From the NCBI GenBank assembly GCA_973851085.1, contig OZ316776.1:11780001-11844000 (forward strand): a DNA stretch of 64,000 nucleotides. The letters are read 5' to 3'. The DNA is from Ptychomitrium polyphyllum (Eukaryota). The notes beneath the pieces are model-generated. The model ran no database searches. It was not told the origin of the DNA and was given only the letters and a program-made list of their open reading frames with translations. The translations under genes and the position numbers were made by a program. Shown here in pieces: positions 1-14,525 of the stretch. The first letter of the stretch is position 1. Each line of letters opens with the position of its first letter.

Positions 1-250
1 TATATGGGTGCCCATCTGCATTGTACAAGCCATGTAAGTTACACTTTTAAGAAATTACTCAGTGCCAGTTCAGCTGTACGCTATCAACCTCATCGTAAAG
101 TTCAGGCTATCTCATTCAACTTCCAACTATGAACAGTAGATTGCAGCTTGAACAAAATTTCATAACTTCAGACATACCTATAAAAGTAAATAAGGTTCAC
201 AAGTAAAGATTTAACATAGTACTACGCTCAAGAACGATCAAGAAAGTTAC

Positions 251-2412
251 CTGGCGTTTTGCGCTCAATAAGCCAGGAACGATTATTCAAGGGCAGTTTC
301 ATAGCGTCCACAAACCACTGGTACGTATGCAAAGGCATCAAATTTTCAACAATAGGAGGAGCAATTGAAACACCAGTATTCTCATCAACAATCTCCTTAT
401 AATATGTGGGCTTTTCAGTTGTTCTGTTCGAATAAACAAAAAGGTGTCCCTCATGACCAAGCTCCTGCCGGACATATGCAACAGTCACACCATTCAAGGC
501 CGTAATACCCAACGATGTGATTGTTGGCACAGCTTTGAAGATAGACCATACAATTAGCCGGATCTGCAGAAATAATAAGAACAGGAAATCGGATGAGATT
601 ACTCACTTTCTTACAGAGGGAACAGCTGCAGGGGTTTTAGTCCAACCAGATGCTACTAGTAAGTTACGATTCACGACCACAAGATTTCACAACAGCTTAC
701 GCCGCTAGATGAAGTTCACGCATCCCGAAAGCAAAAGATAATAAATAATAAAGAAAATCAAAATTCTATCTTAAAGAACATATATGAAACATGAGGAAGT
801 GAATATATGTAAAGTAGGCTCAAGCTGTAAAAAGGTCGAGAGCCTTCGAATAGTATTCGACTGCTGTAATCAATGATACCACAAGCTGCAAAGCCCCCAA
901 CAGGCAACTCTTGCCACACAGATATGTTATTAGTACCCTCCGAGATATAACTCAAAGTCATCGATGTAAGGGTTACGCTTCTGCGTAGAACAGAAAAGTG
1001 CTCAATACCTGCTCAATGGAATCAACTCCGAAATCGAAGCCAAAAAACTTCTTATCCATCAAGTTGAAAAGAGCAGTTGAACTGTACGTATTCATCTTGA
1101 AAATCACGTCAAGAAGCTCCGATGTGTTGACAAGAATTTCAAATCGCAAAGATTCCGATAAATTGGTCACTGCAGTTTTTGGATAACTATGTGTAAAGTA
1201 CCATGTACTGATTGTAAGAGCTGCCACCAGAACTGCCACTGTGACCTGCACAAACGTACCCCGTTACAGATTGCATCGTCAATTTTCAATTCAAAATATA
1301 ACCAGACTCCATGTAAGATCAGTACACAAGCGATACACGTTTAACAGCTGCAAAATCCGATTGCTCTAAATTTATTCCAATGCGGGTTTAATGCAGGCCG
1401 ATCGACCGTCACTTCGTGCAAACAAACAGTGTTTTGCAGGAAGCGATGCGTCTATATAACCTTGGGCAATCCACAACGAAGAAGGCATATCATCACCGTT
1501 CATGATTATCATCTGTAACACGATACTTCAACAGAAAATACTGAACCACAGAGGACCACTGAGACTCGAAGGTAGCTTCCAGACAAAAAATGCAAGCACC
1601 CTTCAAGTAACATCAAAAGAGCATGTACCACATGTTGCTAAATTAAGTAGTTCAAAACACCAACTCAGAATTTTCTTCCGCTGGGGTTAGCTCCAGCAAT
1701 GCCTGCAAACACATACTCCCTTGAAAGAAAAATCGAGTGCACTCATGTAATGCGCACTAGGCTAAATGCATTATTGAATCCCAACAACGTCCAGTTCTGC
1801 GGAAAGCGACGTGCCGCAGTATGGAGCTCTAGCGAGAACAGCTGTAGGTGGAGTTCTCAGCTACCCCGAGCTCAGTATTACACCAGAGTCTCCAGTTCGC
1901 TTCGCAGGCGTTGTAGAACCAAACCTATCCCCTAGAGTTTACAGTGAAGATTGCAGAAAACAACTCCTATAAAATCATGCCTTCGTTCATATCACCACCC
2001 AACCTTTGTAGTCTCTAGCCATGAAGAAAAATCTAACTAAATTCCAAATCGAAGAGCTCCTTCTCCCAGCAATATAATTCCTTTAATGATATAATCTGCT
2101 TAAACATCATCTAACAGCTGAAAATAACAACAAAGGCCTGAAACCAAACGAACCCTAAACATTCGCTTCCTGGTCGTAAGACTCCAGACAAGGCATTAGA
2201 AAGAGTAAGAGGAAACTGAGAAGAGTGAGACTGATTACCATGATGACAACACGGGACACCGTAAGATTCCTTGCCGGGTGAGGGAGCCCGTGAAGGAGCT
2301 CCTCCATGGACCAGTCATCCGAGACGTCGTAGCTGCTGCTAGTCCGCGACGAAGCCATTCTCTTCGTCCTCCCGAGCACCTCCCGAAGTGCAGCCATTGT
2401 GTTCATCTTCAC
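251..2412 (-). CDS. CKI1/AHK1-like histidine kinase, N-terminal exons only (2239-2412, 1009-1245, 251-563); gene continues beyond the left edge
   Basis: GT-AG joins keep frame: ...VSRVVIM|VTVAVLVAALTISTWYFTHSYPKTAVTNLSESLRFEILVNTSELL...EQ|IRLIVWSIFKAVPTITSLGITALNG...YYKEIVDENTG...WF. The TM helix followed by TWxFTxxY...LRxE resembles, from recall, the AHK1/CKI1 TM1 and extracellular region. Kinase and receiver domains are not in the window. Confidence 0.75.
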
Positions 2413-5136
2413 TCATATGGTGCGCTTCTTCCACTGCTCACCAAAGGGCTCACCAAGAAGCAACCTCCAAGTTCTCACACCTAGTCCAACGTCACTATCC
2501 CTCAAAACACCGCATGAACTACATTAATAATCACCATTGTACAGCTTTTTCCCCTTTTCACAAACCGCGGCCATAATCCCCGATTCTCCGACACCTAATT
2601 ACCTCCTCAATGTCATCTTCGAAACTCGATTCCCGACCTGTATCCGCTCTCCATGCCCCCGTAGTGCTGCATCCCCGACCTCTCCAACGCCGCCGCTCCA
2701 CTCAGTGCTAAATATAGCATTTCCTCGGATTTCACTCCAGTAACTCATCCTCGTCGAAACGACTGAACCTCACACACCTACAACAACTCTCCAAATCACG
2801 AACTCCCATGCTTACATCAATTCCACACCACAGCAGCACAATGTCACAAATGCTCCTCCCTCTAGAGTCCACTTCCTCACTCGACCATCACCGCCACCTC
2901 CTTCTCATCCTCTGAAATCAATCCAACTCTCTTCCTCACAAACTAAACAATTAACCCCCTTTTAAACTAATACAAATCTTCCAACCTCACACACTCCATG
3001 AACCGCAATCCATCACAAATCTCACCATCCAAAAACCCCATCGCTCCTCAACAACCTCCCCGCTTCGAGAAACGAGACGAAACTAGTACTATCACTAGAA
3101 GATGCTTGAAACTCTTGAAAGCTTCCTCTAAAAAGACAGCAATCATAAGTGAAATCTCTAACTCCCTTGCACGCGGGTTATCGCTGAGCTCCGTGTCCCC
3201 ACTCTTCAACCTAGCTCAACGTTAAAGGCAAGAGTTCAGCTCTCCCGAAAAGCAGCTCGAAATCTCCGAACCTCTTAATTAAAATCGCTCCTAGCAATGC
3301 TTCGTGTCGCTCCTACTCCAACCTAGCTCAACCTCCTTCGCTTATGTACTGGCTAAAAGCGGCTCGAAACCCTTGCAAATCTCGTCGAAACAAGCAATCA
3401 TGAATAGAAACCTATTCCCTAACTCGCTCCCGGCAACAATTTAGCCGAGTGAAATTCCCCGTCGCTCCTCGTCAAGATAGCTCGCCGTTTCAAGAAACAG
3501 AATCGAATCTCGTCAAAAGCGGTTCGAAATGCTCGCATGCTGCTTCGAAACAAGCAACAGTGTAATGAGGAATGAAATGGCTGAAGTAACGTCCAGTGGC
3601 ATAAGTACGGCAACGATTTGGCCGAGTGCCATGATGCGGAAAGAAAAGCACAGCAGCAGGAGTGCAAATAAGTGAGCCGTAGCAAAAACCAAAAGGCCAT
3701 CGCTGCCTGGCCCCATGCAAGAGCAAGGACGCCTGCAGTAGAGACGACAACAAATTCCTCGTAGAACATGTCACCCGTGATGACGTCCGCCACGACCGCG
3801 AACGCCTCCGCGTCTCACCTACGTAAATCAAGATGGCTCTATTTTGTGCGTCAAGCAACCTAGTCGAAAAGGTCGGGGGTGGCGAGCGGGGCCCACCTTA
3901 GGGGCAAACGGGCTGGTGAGGTTCGTATGATGGCATGTGGGGCACTGGTGGGGCTAGCCACGTGTCCTTTCCTTTTGTGGGATTTGTGGCCCCTTGCATT
4001 TTTCGCTTGACAAGTCCAAGTAATAAGTGTTTGGACTGTTGTCCCCTGTGGGATTTAGGATGGGATCACAGGTGGGACCAACAGAAGAGGACGTTGACTG
4101 GCTGAGAGACGGTGAGCATCTTGACTGGCTGATGATGGGTATTACTCTTTCATGATGCAGTTTTGATTGTGTAGGGTGTGTGACATTTGGAGTGCTGTGG
4201 AAGCCCCGGCTGATTTTTATTGATTGCTGGAGATGTTTCCAGTAAACCACAGTTAGGACCATGAACAGGTTACACAGCCACAATTGCAAGGCCCTCTATG
4301 TGGACAGAAAACACAACTTGACGGAGTGCTGAAGTCGACTGACACTGTGACAAGTGGCAGTAGGTCATTGGGCGCTTCTCACATCCAAAACTGACAGGTG
4401 TCGTGTCATGATGCGCGTGCTTGATGCTGTGGTGCCTACCACTCCCACTAATTATCGGCGGTTTATCTTTAACTTGTGAGCATTCCCTATGCTGTCCGTA
4501 AATAGATACGTCATTCTAAATTTATCAAAGTGAGAAGGAGATCAAGCTCAAAAGGCAACCACCTACCACGTACTTTACAGTGAGCAGTGTTCATAGGTTG
4601 GGCACCTAAAACCAACACAGTCTACAATATCCTTAGTAAACATACTTGACCTCTAGGTCTGAAAATTTGCAAAAATTGAAACTGATAAATTACAAATGAA
4701 TATCAAGTAAACCGGTACATAAAATTTAGCCTGCACCAGATTTTTCACAGAAACGAACATACTCAAAGTTTAAATCACATTCAAATTTGTAAAACAACAA
4801 GTGTGTACAATAAATTATCAGCAATAATAATATCTAAACTTTTAGATATTCCGTTTAGATAATATTTGATACAACTCAAATATTTCTTGTACCTATGTTG
4901 TAAATGAAGCATGAATGAAGGTCGATGAACCCATCCAAATGGAAGTTTGAAAAAAAGAACACATTTTATTTGCTTATAAAATCAAATCGAAACTTATGGG
5001 AACTTTGTGGAAATTCTTTGAAAATTTTGTTTAATGGTAAGATAATTTTTGTGTTTTCTAAAAAGTGCCATATCACACATGGAGAAATATTACGTAGACA
5101 ATCGGAGCAGTCTTGAAGAATTTTAATTTTAATTTG

Positions 5137-5212
5137 TATCGGCTTATATTGGTTCTATCGGCTTATATTGGTTCTATCGGCTTATATTGGTTCTATCGGC
5201 TTATATTGGTTC
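5137..5212. repeat. Minisatellite, 4 perfect copies of 19-bp TATCGGCTTATATTGGTTC
   Basis: Read directly; no spacers between units. Confidence 0.95.
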
Positions 5213-8076
5213 TTTAGAATCTGACAATTATAATAACGTTGTGGGTTAGAAAACATTAGTGGTGATAGCAGACAGCAGTGGTATATATGAACTACTTAGT
5301 ATTAATCCACTATTTAAATTTATTGTGCAAGTCATATGTGTGTTGAAAAGACTAATTTTTAAAACAATTTGAATTATCTTCTTGAAAACAGGTTACTTGA
5401 AATGTTTGTCATTAAGTGCTTTCTATAATAGAAGATACTAATTTTGGAATTATTTTATTTTCAAAAAGAAAAATAAATTCTATAAAATATATGTTTTTTG
5501 AATTTTGTTTTTAAATAGTACTAATACATTTGTCAAGGAAGTAACAAATTTTCCATGTAATTATAGTAAAGAAAAAATATTTAAATATATACCAAAGGTA
5601 CAAGTGGTACCTTACTTGAAAGATGAAACCATTATAAGTAGCACACCTTTTCCTATATAAAGGAATTTTAAGTGAATTATGGTCCATAGTTTTGATTTAA
5701 ATCCGAATAAGATAGCTATGGCCTATAGTAAATAGAATTTGAGAATAATGATTATGTAAATACCAAAGACAAAAAAATATTAAAGAAAATTTTAATTCTA
5801 AAAAAAATTACTTTCAATAATATTTTCTATAAATAATTAATATTAGATTTTAAAGTTTTGAAATCACAATAATTCTCTAATCATCTAGAAGTGTTTTTAG
5901 ATTATAAATATTCCTATAATTGTTTAAAATAGTCAATTTTAAATTTACAAATAATACAATTCTCACTTGCCATGTACAATTCCAAGTATAATTTTCATTG
6001 ATTGAAATCTCTAAAGATTATGAATTATAACTTTCTTCATGCAAAATAATTCCAAGGTACACATCTTTTTTACCTATTAAAACTAATTTTCTATGGATTC
6101 TAAGTATTTGAAAGTTGAATGCAAGTGAATGAAAAAACTTCTATTTTTCACATTGTCCTTATGTTAATTCATTTATTGATTTAAGAACAATGCAAAAAAT
6201 AATTAACTGCTTTAAAGTTCAGTCACATGTGGCAATATTCCTAAAAGAATCTTATTAGGACTATAAATTTAATTGGTGTACTTATAATTGAATAAGCATT
6301 GTAACTTAAGGCTTAAAGGACAATGTTACTTCCTTTCTTCCATCCACTTTTCATCCAATAATTTCAATTTTTTCATTGGTGGTTATTTTTTAACATTGCT
6401 TACATCTTAGTTGATTACTTGTAACTATATATACGACTCTTTTCATCCTAAATTAAGCACAACAATTTATAAAAATTACAAAAGTATAATATGCATACAA
6501 ATAAGCCTCTAAAAATCACAAACATTGAAAGAATACATTGCATTAAAGATGTCTCTAAATCAATTCAAAATCAAAACATTCTTGAATCATTCAACAATAC
6601 GTCAAGTATGTGCTAATATTAGTTTTATTTTTTATTGATATATAATATGAGATAAACTCAAGAAATTTAACAAACCAATACAAGGTGATATCATATCACA
6701 ATGAATATAATCAAATTGGAATAGACTTTAATATAGTAAGATTTAAAATTGAAGGAAAATTTGTTTTGATTTATAGGACAATATTTGGCTTTACTATCCT
6801 CATCATTTTTTAGCTAATATACCTCCATGCACTTTTTAAATCATAACACTATAAGATTTTTATGATCCCAAATACCTTTGTTTAGTTTCCATCCATTGAC
6901 TTTGCTTTTTATTAGTGAGTATTTTAAAACAAGCATTAGATGTTTTCAAACCATTTCATATGTTATCTACAAGCCTTTTAAAAACTATACCAATTTTTTT
7001 TCTATGTTTTTTTAATATAATATACATTTAATATACATTTATTATGCATTAAATGTTTTGACACTATAAACACTTTTTAAAATTCAAAAACACTATAAAT
7101 ATAATTCTATAAAACATCTAGGCATCCATAGAACTTAAATTTGATTGTTTTATTTTTTTAATATTTTTAAATTAATAACATTGATACTTTAACAACATCT
7201 TTGGCATTCTAAGTTCACATCATTCATGAATTTTTATAGTATGTTATCTTTAATGAAGGTCCAAATCTTATAAAAAAGACATAAAGGTTTTTGCTGAAAA
7301 TTATATTTTATAAAAAAATCATTAAAATATTTGATATTTTGATTTTAATCTTTTTGTAAACATTCACAAGTGTTGAAGATTTGTAGCACTTGTTAATAGT
7401 TTGCAATAGCTAAGAGGGTATTCCATAATTTAATGATCGTAATATAATATAATCAAAAAAATTTAGAATGAAATTTTAAATAATCACTTATTAAAGTATA
7501 ATTTGTAATTTATATAAAAAAAATAAAAATAAAAATTGGCCATATGATTTTGGTATATTATTCATTTTTGAAAGCTACTACTTGTTATTTGCAAAATTTT
7601 GTAATAAGTATTTTTTATAACTTTAACAAAATCTTATAATTTTTAAGAAAACTTTAACAAACAATTATGATACTTTTAGTCCTATGATAATAGTACATTT
7701 TTAATTGTAGGAATATAATTAACCATAGATACTAATACATGTTTTTTATTTCCTAAAATATATGCTACAATAACTTTTTGACAAAAATCACAATAAATTT
7801 TTACATATTTACAATGAATATGCATGAAACATAAGTAGATTTACAAAAAAAGTATAAGCAAGTGACACAAAGACTTCATGATAGTTTTAAGTCAATATTT
7901 ATACTACTAATTCCAAATTAGAAAAACTAACACAAAAACTATTTTGGATTTCAATTCACATATATTTCTTCTATTTCATAATTATAAAAAATAAACATAT
8001 GAAGATTATCACAAATCAAATTTTTAGATGTATAAGATATATAATGTCGTGAATAAACTAAAAAAAATTATTTTTC

Positions 8077-8081
<5 letters not shown>

Positions 8082-8124
<43 letters not shown>
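8082..8124. repeat. (AT)n microsatellite
   Basis: Read directly. Confidence 0.95.
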
Positions 8125-8127
<3 letters not shown>

Positions 8128-9659
8128 TAGTGCTAAAAAAGCAGTGATAATTGCTATTATTTAAATTGAAGTTGTCACAAACATATAAATGTATTCTTCA
8201 TTTATATACTTTTGAAAAAATATACAAAATTCATATCAAGTCTAAAAATATATGTTGTGAATTTTAAAAATTTTAATAGATTTTGAAACAATTACATTTT
8301 TGTGATTTACATGACAAAAAAAAAAATACGTCTTTTTTTCAAATTTTCAAAAAATAATATATCCTGACAATATTTGATCTTATTACATATGAGCACCATT
8401 GTTTTTATTGCCTATATGTTATTTGAATAATGTTTTAAAATCTTAATTTCTTAAAAGTACAAAATCACTCATGTATCATATAATATTATTTCAATATTTG
8501 TTGTTTGTAAGCAATTAATGAAATTAACAATATAATAATTTTTATTTTAAAGATATATAATACAAGATAAAATATTTTATTTGGAGAACCAATTAATATG
8601 ATTTAGATGAGCATGATAGTTGTTTTCACAAAAAAATTTGCTAAAATTTCCTTGTGGATTTCCTTGCTTATGTTTAAAATTAAACCATTTTTAAGAAATT
8701 TTACCTTTGCAACTAAAAAAACTTTCTATGATTTGTTGTATTACTTGCCATACTCTTGAAATAACAAAGGTTATTTCAAATTACTATTGAACCATTTTAT
8801 TTAATCATTATTGGTTAATAAATTTAAATTTATCATTTTTGCAACTTTCATAGCTTTTTAGATATTTATCTTTAATAACTATTTTCACAAATTTCAAATT
8901 TTTTAATGAATTCTTTGTTATCATTTACATTTAGAAATTTAAATAGGTTTTCATTTTCAAAAAGAATAGTATTTGTACCATTAGATTGTTTTCAAAATTT
9001 TCAATCATATGATGCGACATGCTTCAAATATGTTCATAAAGAGCAAAATGAGGTTTGTAGAGGATAAATATAGTTGAAAACATTTATTAAAGAGTTTTTC
9101 ACCTTTGACTAAAAGATTACAAATCTACAATTAAGACTTTTATTTGAAAGAATAAATCTATAAAGCTCGTTTTAAATCCAAATATGAAATAATATTGAAC
9201 ACAATAGCTAGTTTGACATCAAGGTTTGTTATATTATGCTTAATATACATCAATGGTGATTTTTGCAATATGCTTTACTCTACCATGGATCAATTCCATT
9301 ATTCTATTATTATTCCTATAAAATGTAGCATGGAACCATTGAGAATTTAGAGCTACAAGCTCTTTTTTCAATCTCCAAGTTATTTCTGATTATCAATTAT
9401 ATTATAAATATTATTTATATGTATAGACTTTTGGAGTTGAAATTTAAATTTTGATGAAGAGAAGAAGAAGGAAAATGATGCTTATTGAAAATTGAAATGC
9501 AATAGGAAAAATGGGAAATAACTTATATATTTAATAAATCTAGTGGAATTACTTCATTTTTGGCATTGAATTTTTTTAAATGTATGGCTTGAGGTGCAAA
9601 TTAAAGTGAATGTGCCAAAAATCATTGTTGATTTATTAAAATTTATACTATTATTAGCT

Positions 9660-10050
9660 TCCACTTATAACAATATACACATATGAAAATCATTATAGGG
9701 TTGTAAATATAAAGGAATACAAAAGCATCATAATAATAATATAACTTCAACATGAGAATTGGAATTTAATGGTAATAAACATGGAATATGTAAGGCAGTA
9801 CAAGAGATTTTTGGAATTCAACTATTGCCATCATTATGTTGTAGTTTTGTCATTCAAATGGGTGAAGACCAATCATTGTGAAGCAAATGCAATAGTCGTG
9901 AAGGATAAGTGAGGATTTATACTTGCTAACTTTAATGCAACAATAGGAATTAAATTTTGTCAATTTTCTTTTTCTATGCACTACAACCAAGTATTATTTT
10001 TAGATAAATTCAAATCTAAGGAATAGAGAGTTGTATTGAAAAGAAGTACA
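9660..10050 (+). mobile_element. Decayed CACTA/En-Spm transposase fragment (DUF4216-type region)
   Basis: One frame from 9781 reads MEYVRQYKRFLEFNYCHHYVVVLSFKWVKTNHCEANAIVVKDK*GFILANFNATIGIKFCQFSFSMHYNQVLFLDKFKSKE*RVVLKRS. It matches the recalled DUF4216 pattern (EY..EILELNY..VVL..WVK..KRD.GF.L.NF..F....QVFF..W.VVL). TYENHYRV upstream resembles AYGNHxRV. Element ends not found. Confidence 0.75.
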
Positions 10051-13000
10051 ATCTACATATATGCACTTGTAAGTCAGTAAAGACAAGGATTACAGAATGT
10101 TTGATATGGCTATTTATTATAATTTTGAAGGACTTGGATCACTAGTAGTTTTACCAAGGGTTTACAAAACAGCATTATCTTAAAACCAAGGATTTGAATT
10201 TATCTAAAAAAACAATATTATCTTAAAACCAAAAATTTGTACAAATATCTATTTTTATTCTAATAATCATGTCATATAGAACTTTGGCAAATTGAAAATG
10301 TCAACTTTGCACAATTTAAGGAATATAATAATGATTTGAATATTTCTTTGATCAAGGCATACAAGCACTTTCTAAAAGTAGGACTTATTGGAAGATATCT
10401 TTCTTCTTTATAAAATGAACAAAATTTGGATGGAGTAAAGAAGTAAAGAAGTATAAAGTGTTAAAAGTATAAATACCAAAACCTCTAAGGCCCTTTTTTC
10501 CTTCCCTCTTTAAAAAATGTAGAAAAAAAAATTGCACCAAATAATTTTTTTATAGTAAATTGTATAAATGTTTTGAAATATTAAAACAATATCAAAATTT
10601 AAAAATTAAGGATTTTTTTAGAAGGAAGACCTTGTACTTGAGTATTTTGTTTTATGTTAAAAAATACTATTTTATGGAAAAGTAAATTTTCCACCACCAT
10701 ATTAAAGTAATACATAAGATGACAAAAATTTGTCAAATTGTTCCGTGAAGATGAACAAGTAATCCAAATCACATACAATTTTGATTCTACACCTAATAAT
10801 GACAAAGTTTGCTCAAATTTGTGTAAATTAGGATTTTTTATCCTTCCATTGTCTTAAATTGCAATTTTATTGTAAGAAATTGTCTTTTTTGTTTTAGAGC
10901 TAATTTAGAAAGTTCAAAGAAGAATTTTTTTTTCATAGTTTATATATGCCTTTATTTCTTACAACATATTATTGGTACTTTGATTGCCTTCTAATAGCCA
11001 ATTCTTGTAAAGGTCATTTATAATGAATGATGTTTTGTTAAATATTTGCTATCTTTTAAAGTAATAATAAACTTGGCTATAGTATCATCTATTTATAATT
11101 TCAACTTTTCAAATCCCTATTTTCTAAACTTCACATAATTAGCCACTATTATTACAAGAAAATAAGGTTTTTTTAAATATAGGGTTTTATAAGGTTGAAT
11201 GAAATTCCAAACTTAAAAACATCTTTTCAAATTTGGCAATTTTTGTATTTAGAAAGTGCTTAAAACTACTATATATTATATATTTTTCTTCTATTTTTTT
11301 CATAATTGAGAGTTAAAATACATTTATTCAATTATTCTTTATAAAATAAGAAATACAAGTTTTCTAGAAGAATTCTTTTTAGTTTATTGCACTTATTTTT
11401 TTTGAAAATATTACTTAAACTCAATTTATTTAATGGATTAGCTAAAATCAATAAAATTCTTTATTTATATACATCAAGGTATATATAATATTATAACAAC
11501 TTGTAACAAATGTACCTTTGATTAAATAAGAATTACAACTAGTTATGTAAAATAATTGACTTATCAATTTTAATAAAAGACAAATAATTTATAAATGACA
11601 ATCATCACTATTAATCAATTACTTATGTATTTAGTTATATTTATTATCTTTAAAATTTTATGTATTAATCACTTAAATAATATCTTATAATAAATAAATT
11701 TATCAATTAGATATATTAGGAAATCATAAAAATAATAAAAGGCATTACATGAATATATCAAAATATTTGATTATTTTTATAAATATCTAGAGATTATATA
11801 CGTAAACATATGTTTGAGTATATTATTCAAATCTAAAGATATATTTTGAATTTTTTAGAATATACATGATTCTACAAAATAAAGATATTCCAACTTTTAA
11901 CTTGTTTTGTTGATTTTTTAAATAAAAAACTTAAAGTATAAATTAACATTAAGTCATAGTTGATTGAAAAAGTAATTAAATTATATTACATACATATATA
12001 CATACACATATACATACACATACACATATATGTATGTATAATGAATCCATTTGCTTTTCTATTTCAAATCTTCTTGAACATATTAGAAAGTAATTAACTA
12101 ATGAATATTAGGCAAGTATTAAGTGGATACTATGGCTAATTTTTCTTGATTATGTCAACGGAAGAGAAAAATACAAAATATAAAGAAAAGGCCATTGCAG
12201 GGAGAGCTTTGAAGGAAGAATAAAAGCCAAAAGTTAAAGCCAAAAGGTGATAAGATAGAGCAAAAGCACTATAGAATTTAGAAGAATAAAAATGTGAAAA
12301 TAACATAGGAAAATAAGGGCAAAGAAAAGAAATGAGGAAATGAAAGAAATAGAAAAAAAAACAATGTGTGTGAGAGCATGTATGGTAGATGATTTGAATG
12401 TGCATGTGAGAGCTAAGGATTTGAGTGTAGCCATGGAAGTAGTGTTGCTTAAATATAAGCTAGGAAAAGTGCATGGTAGATGAAATTAAAGGAATTGGAG
12501 CTAGGGCTTGGCAAGGAGGTTGAGCAAGAGAATAATATTAGTAGAGAGAATAGTGGCGCTAGAGAACCGTTTTGTAGGAAGACGCATTTTGGAGTTGAGG
12601 AGGATTATCTTTAAATAGAATGTATGTTTTATATGCGGCTAGAAGTATTGGAATTGACAAGGCAACACTTGAACAACACTAGATTAATTATGTGCCACAA
12701 AATCATTTAGATTTGACATTTGTTATGCTTTCATCTATTATGCATTGTTACTCAACAACAAAGTCCATTCTTTCATGTACACCATTTTAATTTAAAAAAT
12801 AAAATGTTTGTATGTGCATAGGATCTACCTTTTATTAGGAAAGAAGTACAATTACATTTCCATCCTATATCATGTGATAGAAGATTTGAATTAGAGTAGA
12901 GTGGGAAAGATGCTTCATTCATGCCAAATCCCTGTTCTCCTTCTCATCTTTATTTAAAATTATTATGGCAAAAGAAAACCCAGCAATAGTTATTACCCAA

Positions 13001-13316
13001 ACTCGAAACCCCTGCGCACGGTTGAAAACAACCAGATGGTTGCCGTCGCAAAAGACGATGAGAGCGGCGCACTGCAGAAAAGATACTGGACAGTGGATCA
13101 TTGCGTCGAGATTCGCAGCCACGGGAATGACATAACTACCGCCAATACGGAGCAAACCCGACCGCCCTTTTTCTTGCTTTCCCCCAATCACGTGCCCTCG
13201 GGCAGCTGTAACCACTCATGCTCACCCTCTCCCTCTATCTTTTTTCTTTTTCTAACCCTGGTGCTTTTTGGCTTTTTCCCATGCTTTTTCAAATGAGCGC
13301 CATCGCCAACTTCCGC

Positions 13317-13374
13317 GCACACACACACACACACACACACACTCTCCCTCTCTCTCTCTCTCGCTCTCTCTCTC
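13317..13374. repeat. (CA)n(CT)n microsatellite near the probable 5' end of the zinc-knuckle/KH gene
   Basis: Read directly; CT tracts are typical of plant 5' leaders. Confidence 0.85.
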
Positions 13375-14525
13375 GCCATCGCCATCGTTGCTGCCGCCAT
13401 TGTTGCTCCCTCGCGTGGTTGTTCTCGTCCTGTGCTAGGGTATTCTTGATCCCTTCCCCTTTCTGCCCTCATCCCCTCGTGGTTCCGGAATCAGTTCCGA
13501 GTATGGCCGTGTCTTTTTGGCCGTCGATCATTTTGGTCCGACACGATGATGTTGACGAGGGGGCCTTGAACTAGGGTTTGAGTGGTAGGGAGGGGGTGTG
13601 TGGTGTTCGTTGAAGGAGGTTTGCGGTTTGAAGGTGAGGGGGTCGGGGGAGGTGAGTTCTAGGTTTGGTTTTAGGGTGAAGTGGAGGTCTTTTCTGAATG
13701 CGGGGCGGTTTGTTGTTGGAGGGGAGGCTAATTGTGTTCGGGGAGGGTGTGCTTGGGATTGGCATTAGGGGTTGCCGGAGCGGGGTGTGTTGGGAAGTGG
13801 TATTGAAGGATAGTCAGGGGTGTGGTTTTTGTTGGTGTGATTGGGGAGGGTACGCAGTGTGTCTGTCGGGAAACTGTTATGTTCTGTTTTTGTTCATGCC
13901 TGAGTGAGCGGGTGTGTTGTGCTGATGAGATTTTAGGGTTTCTCGGGACTTCTTTGCTGGAATGATATGTGAATTCGGCCCGAGAGCGATGTCCTGCGTG
14001 ATGACTGCACCTGCGGGTTGATGAGCCGTTTCTGCACTTTAGGGTTTAATTAGTGCTCATGTTCCTCCTGGATTGCCTCGGGGTTTGGTGTCCTTCATTG
14101 TAATCTTTAGCCGTGTTAATGCGCAAGGGCCAACAAACGGTTGACCGTTATTTTTGTCAGTTTCTATGAACTGGAAGTGGGATGGTTTACATGCTTGGTA
14201 GTAATAGAGTGTCGTAAAGTCCTTTGGGTTTACTCTTTGAAGATTGGTTGCTAGAGTCCCAGTGTTTGATTAGCAGCACAAGTTGATGTTATGAAGTTTG
14301 ACTTGTTTCACGGTCTTCAGTTGAATGAGACGATATTCGTTTTTGGGTTTCATAAATACCGGGACCCCTGTTCTAACCAACAATTGCTTGTGTTTTTGTA
14401 TTAGTAATGCTTTTCACTAATGTTGGTGTTGTTTGACGTTGCAGAATGTCCAGTCTGAAGTAGTTCGTTTGAAATTATAGATCAGCGGGTGGTTCTAGAC
14501 ATTCTCACTTGTCCGAAGCGCCGGA

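Noticed and set aside
5137..5212. CRISPR-like array (also considered for 27316-27495)
   Set aside because: Units are contiguous with no unique spacers, there are no cas genes, and the context is eukaryotic.
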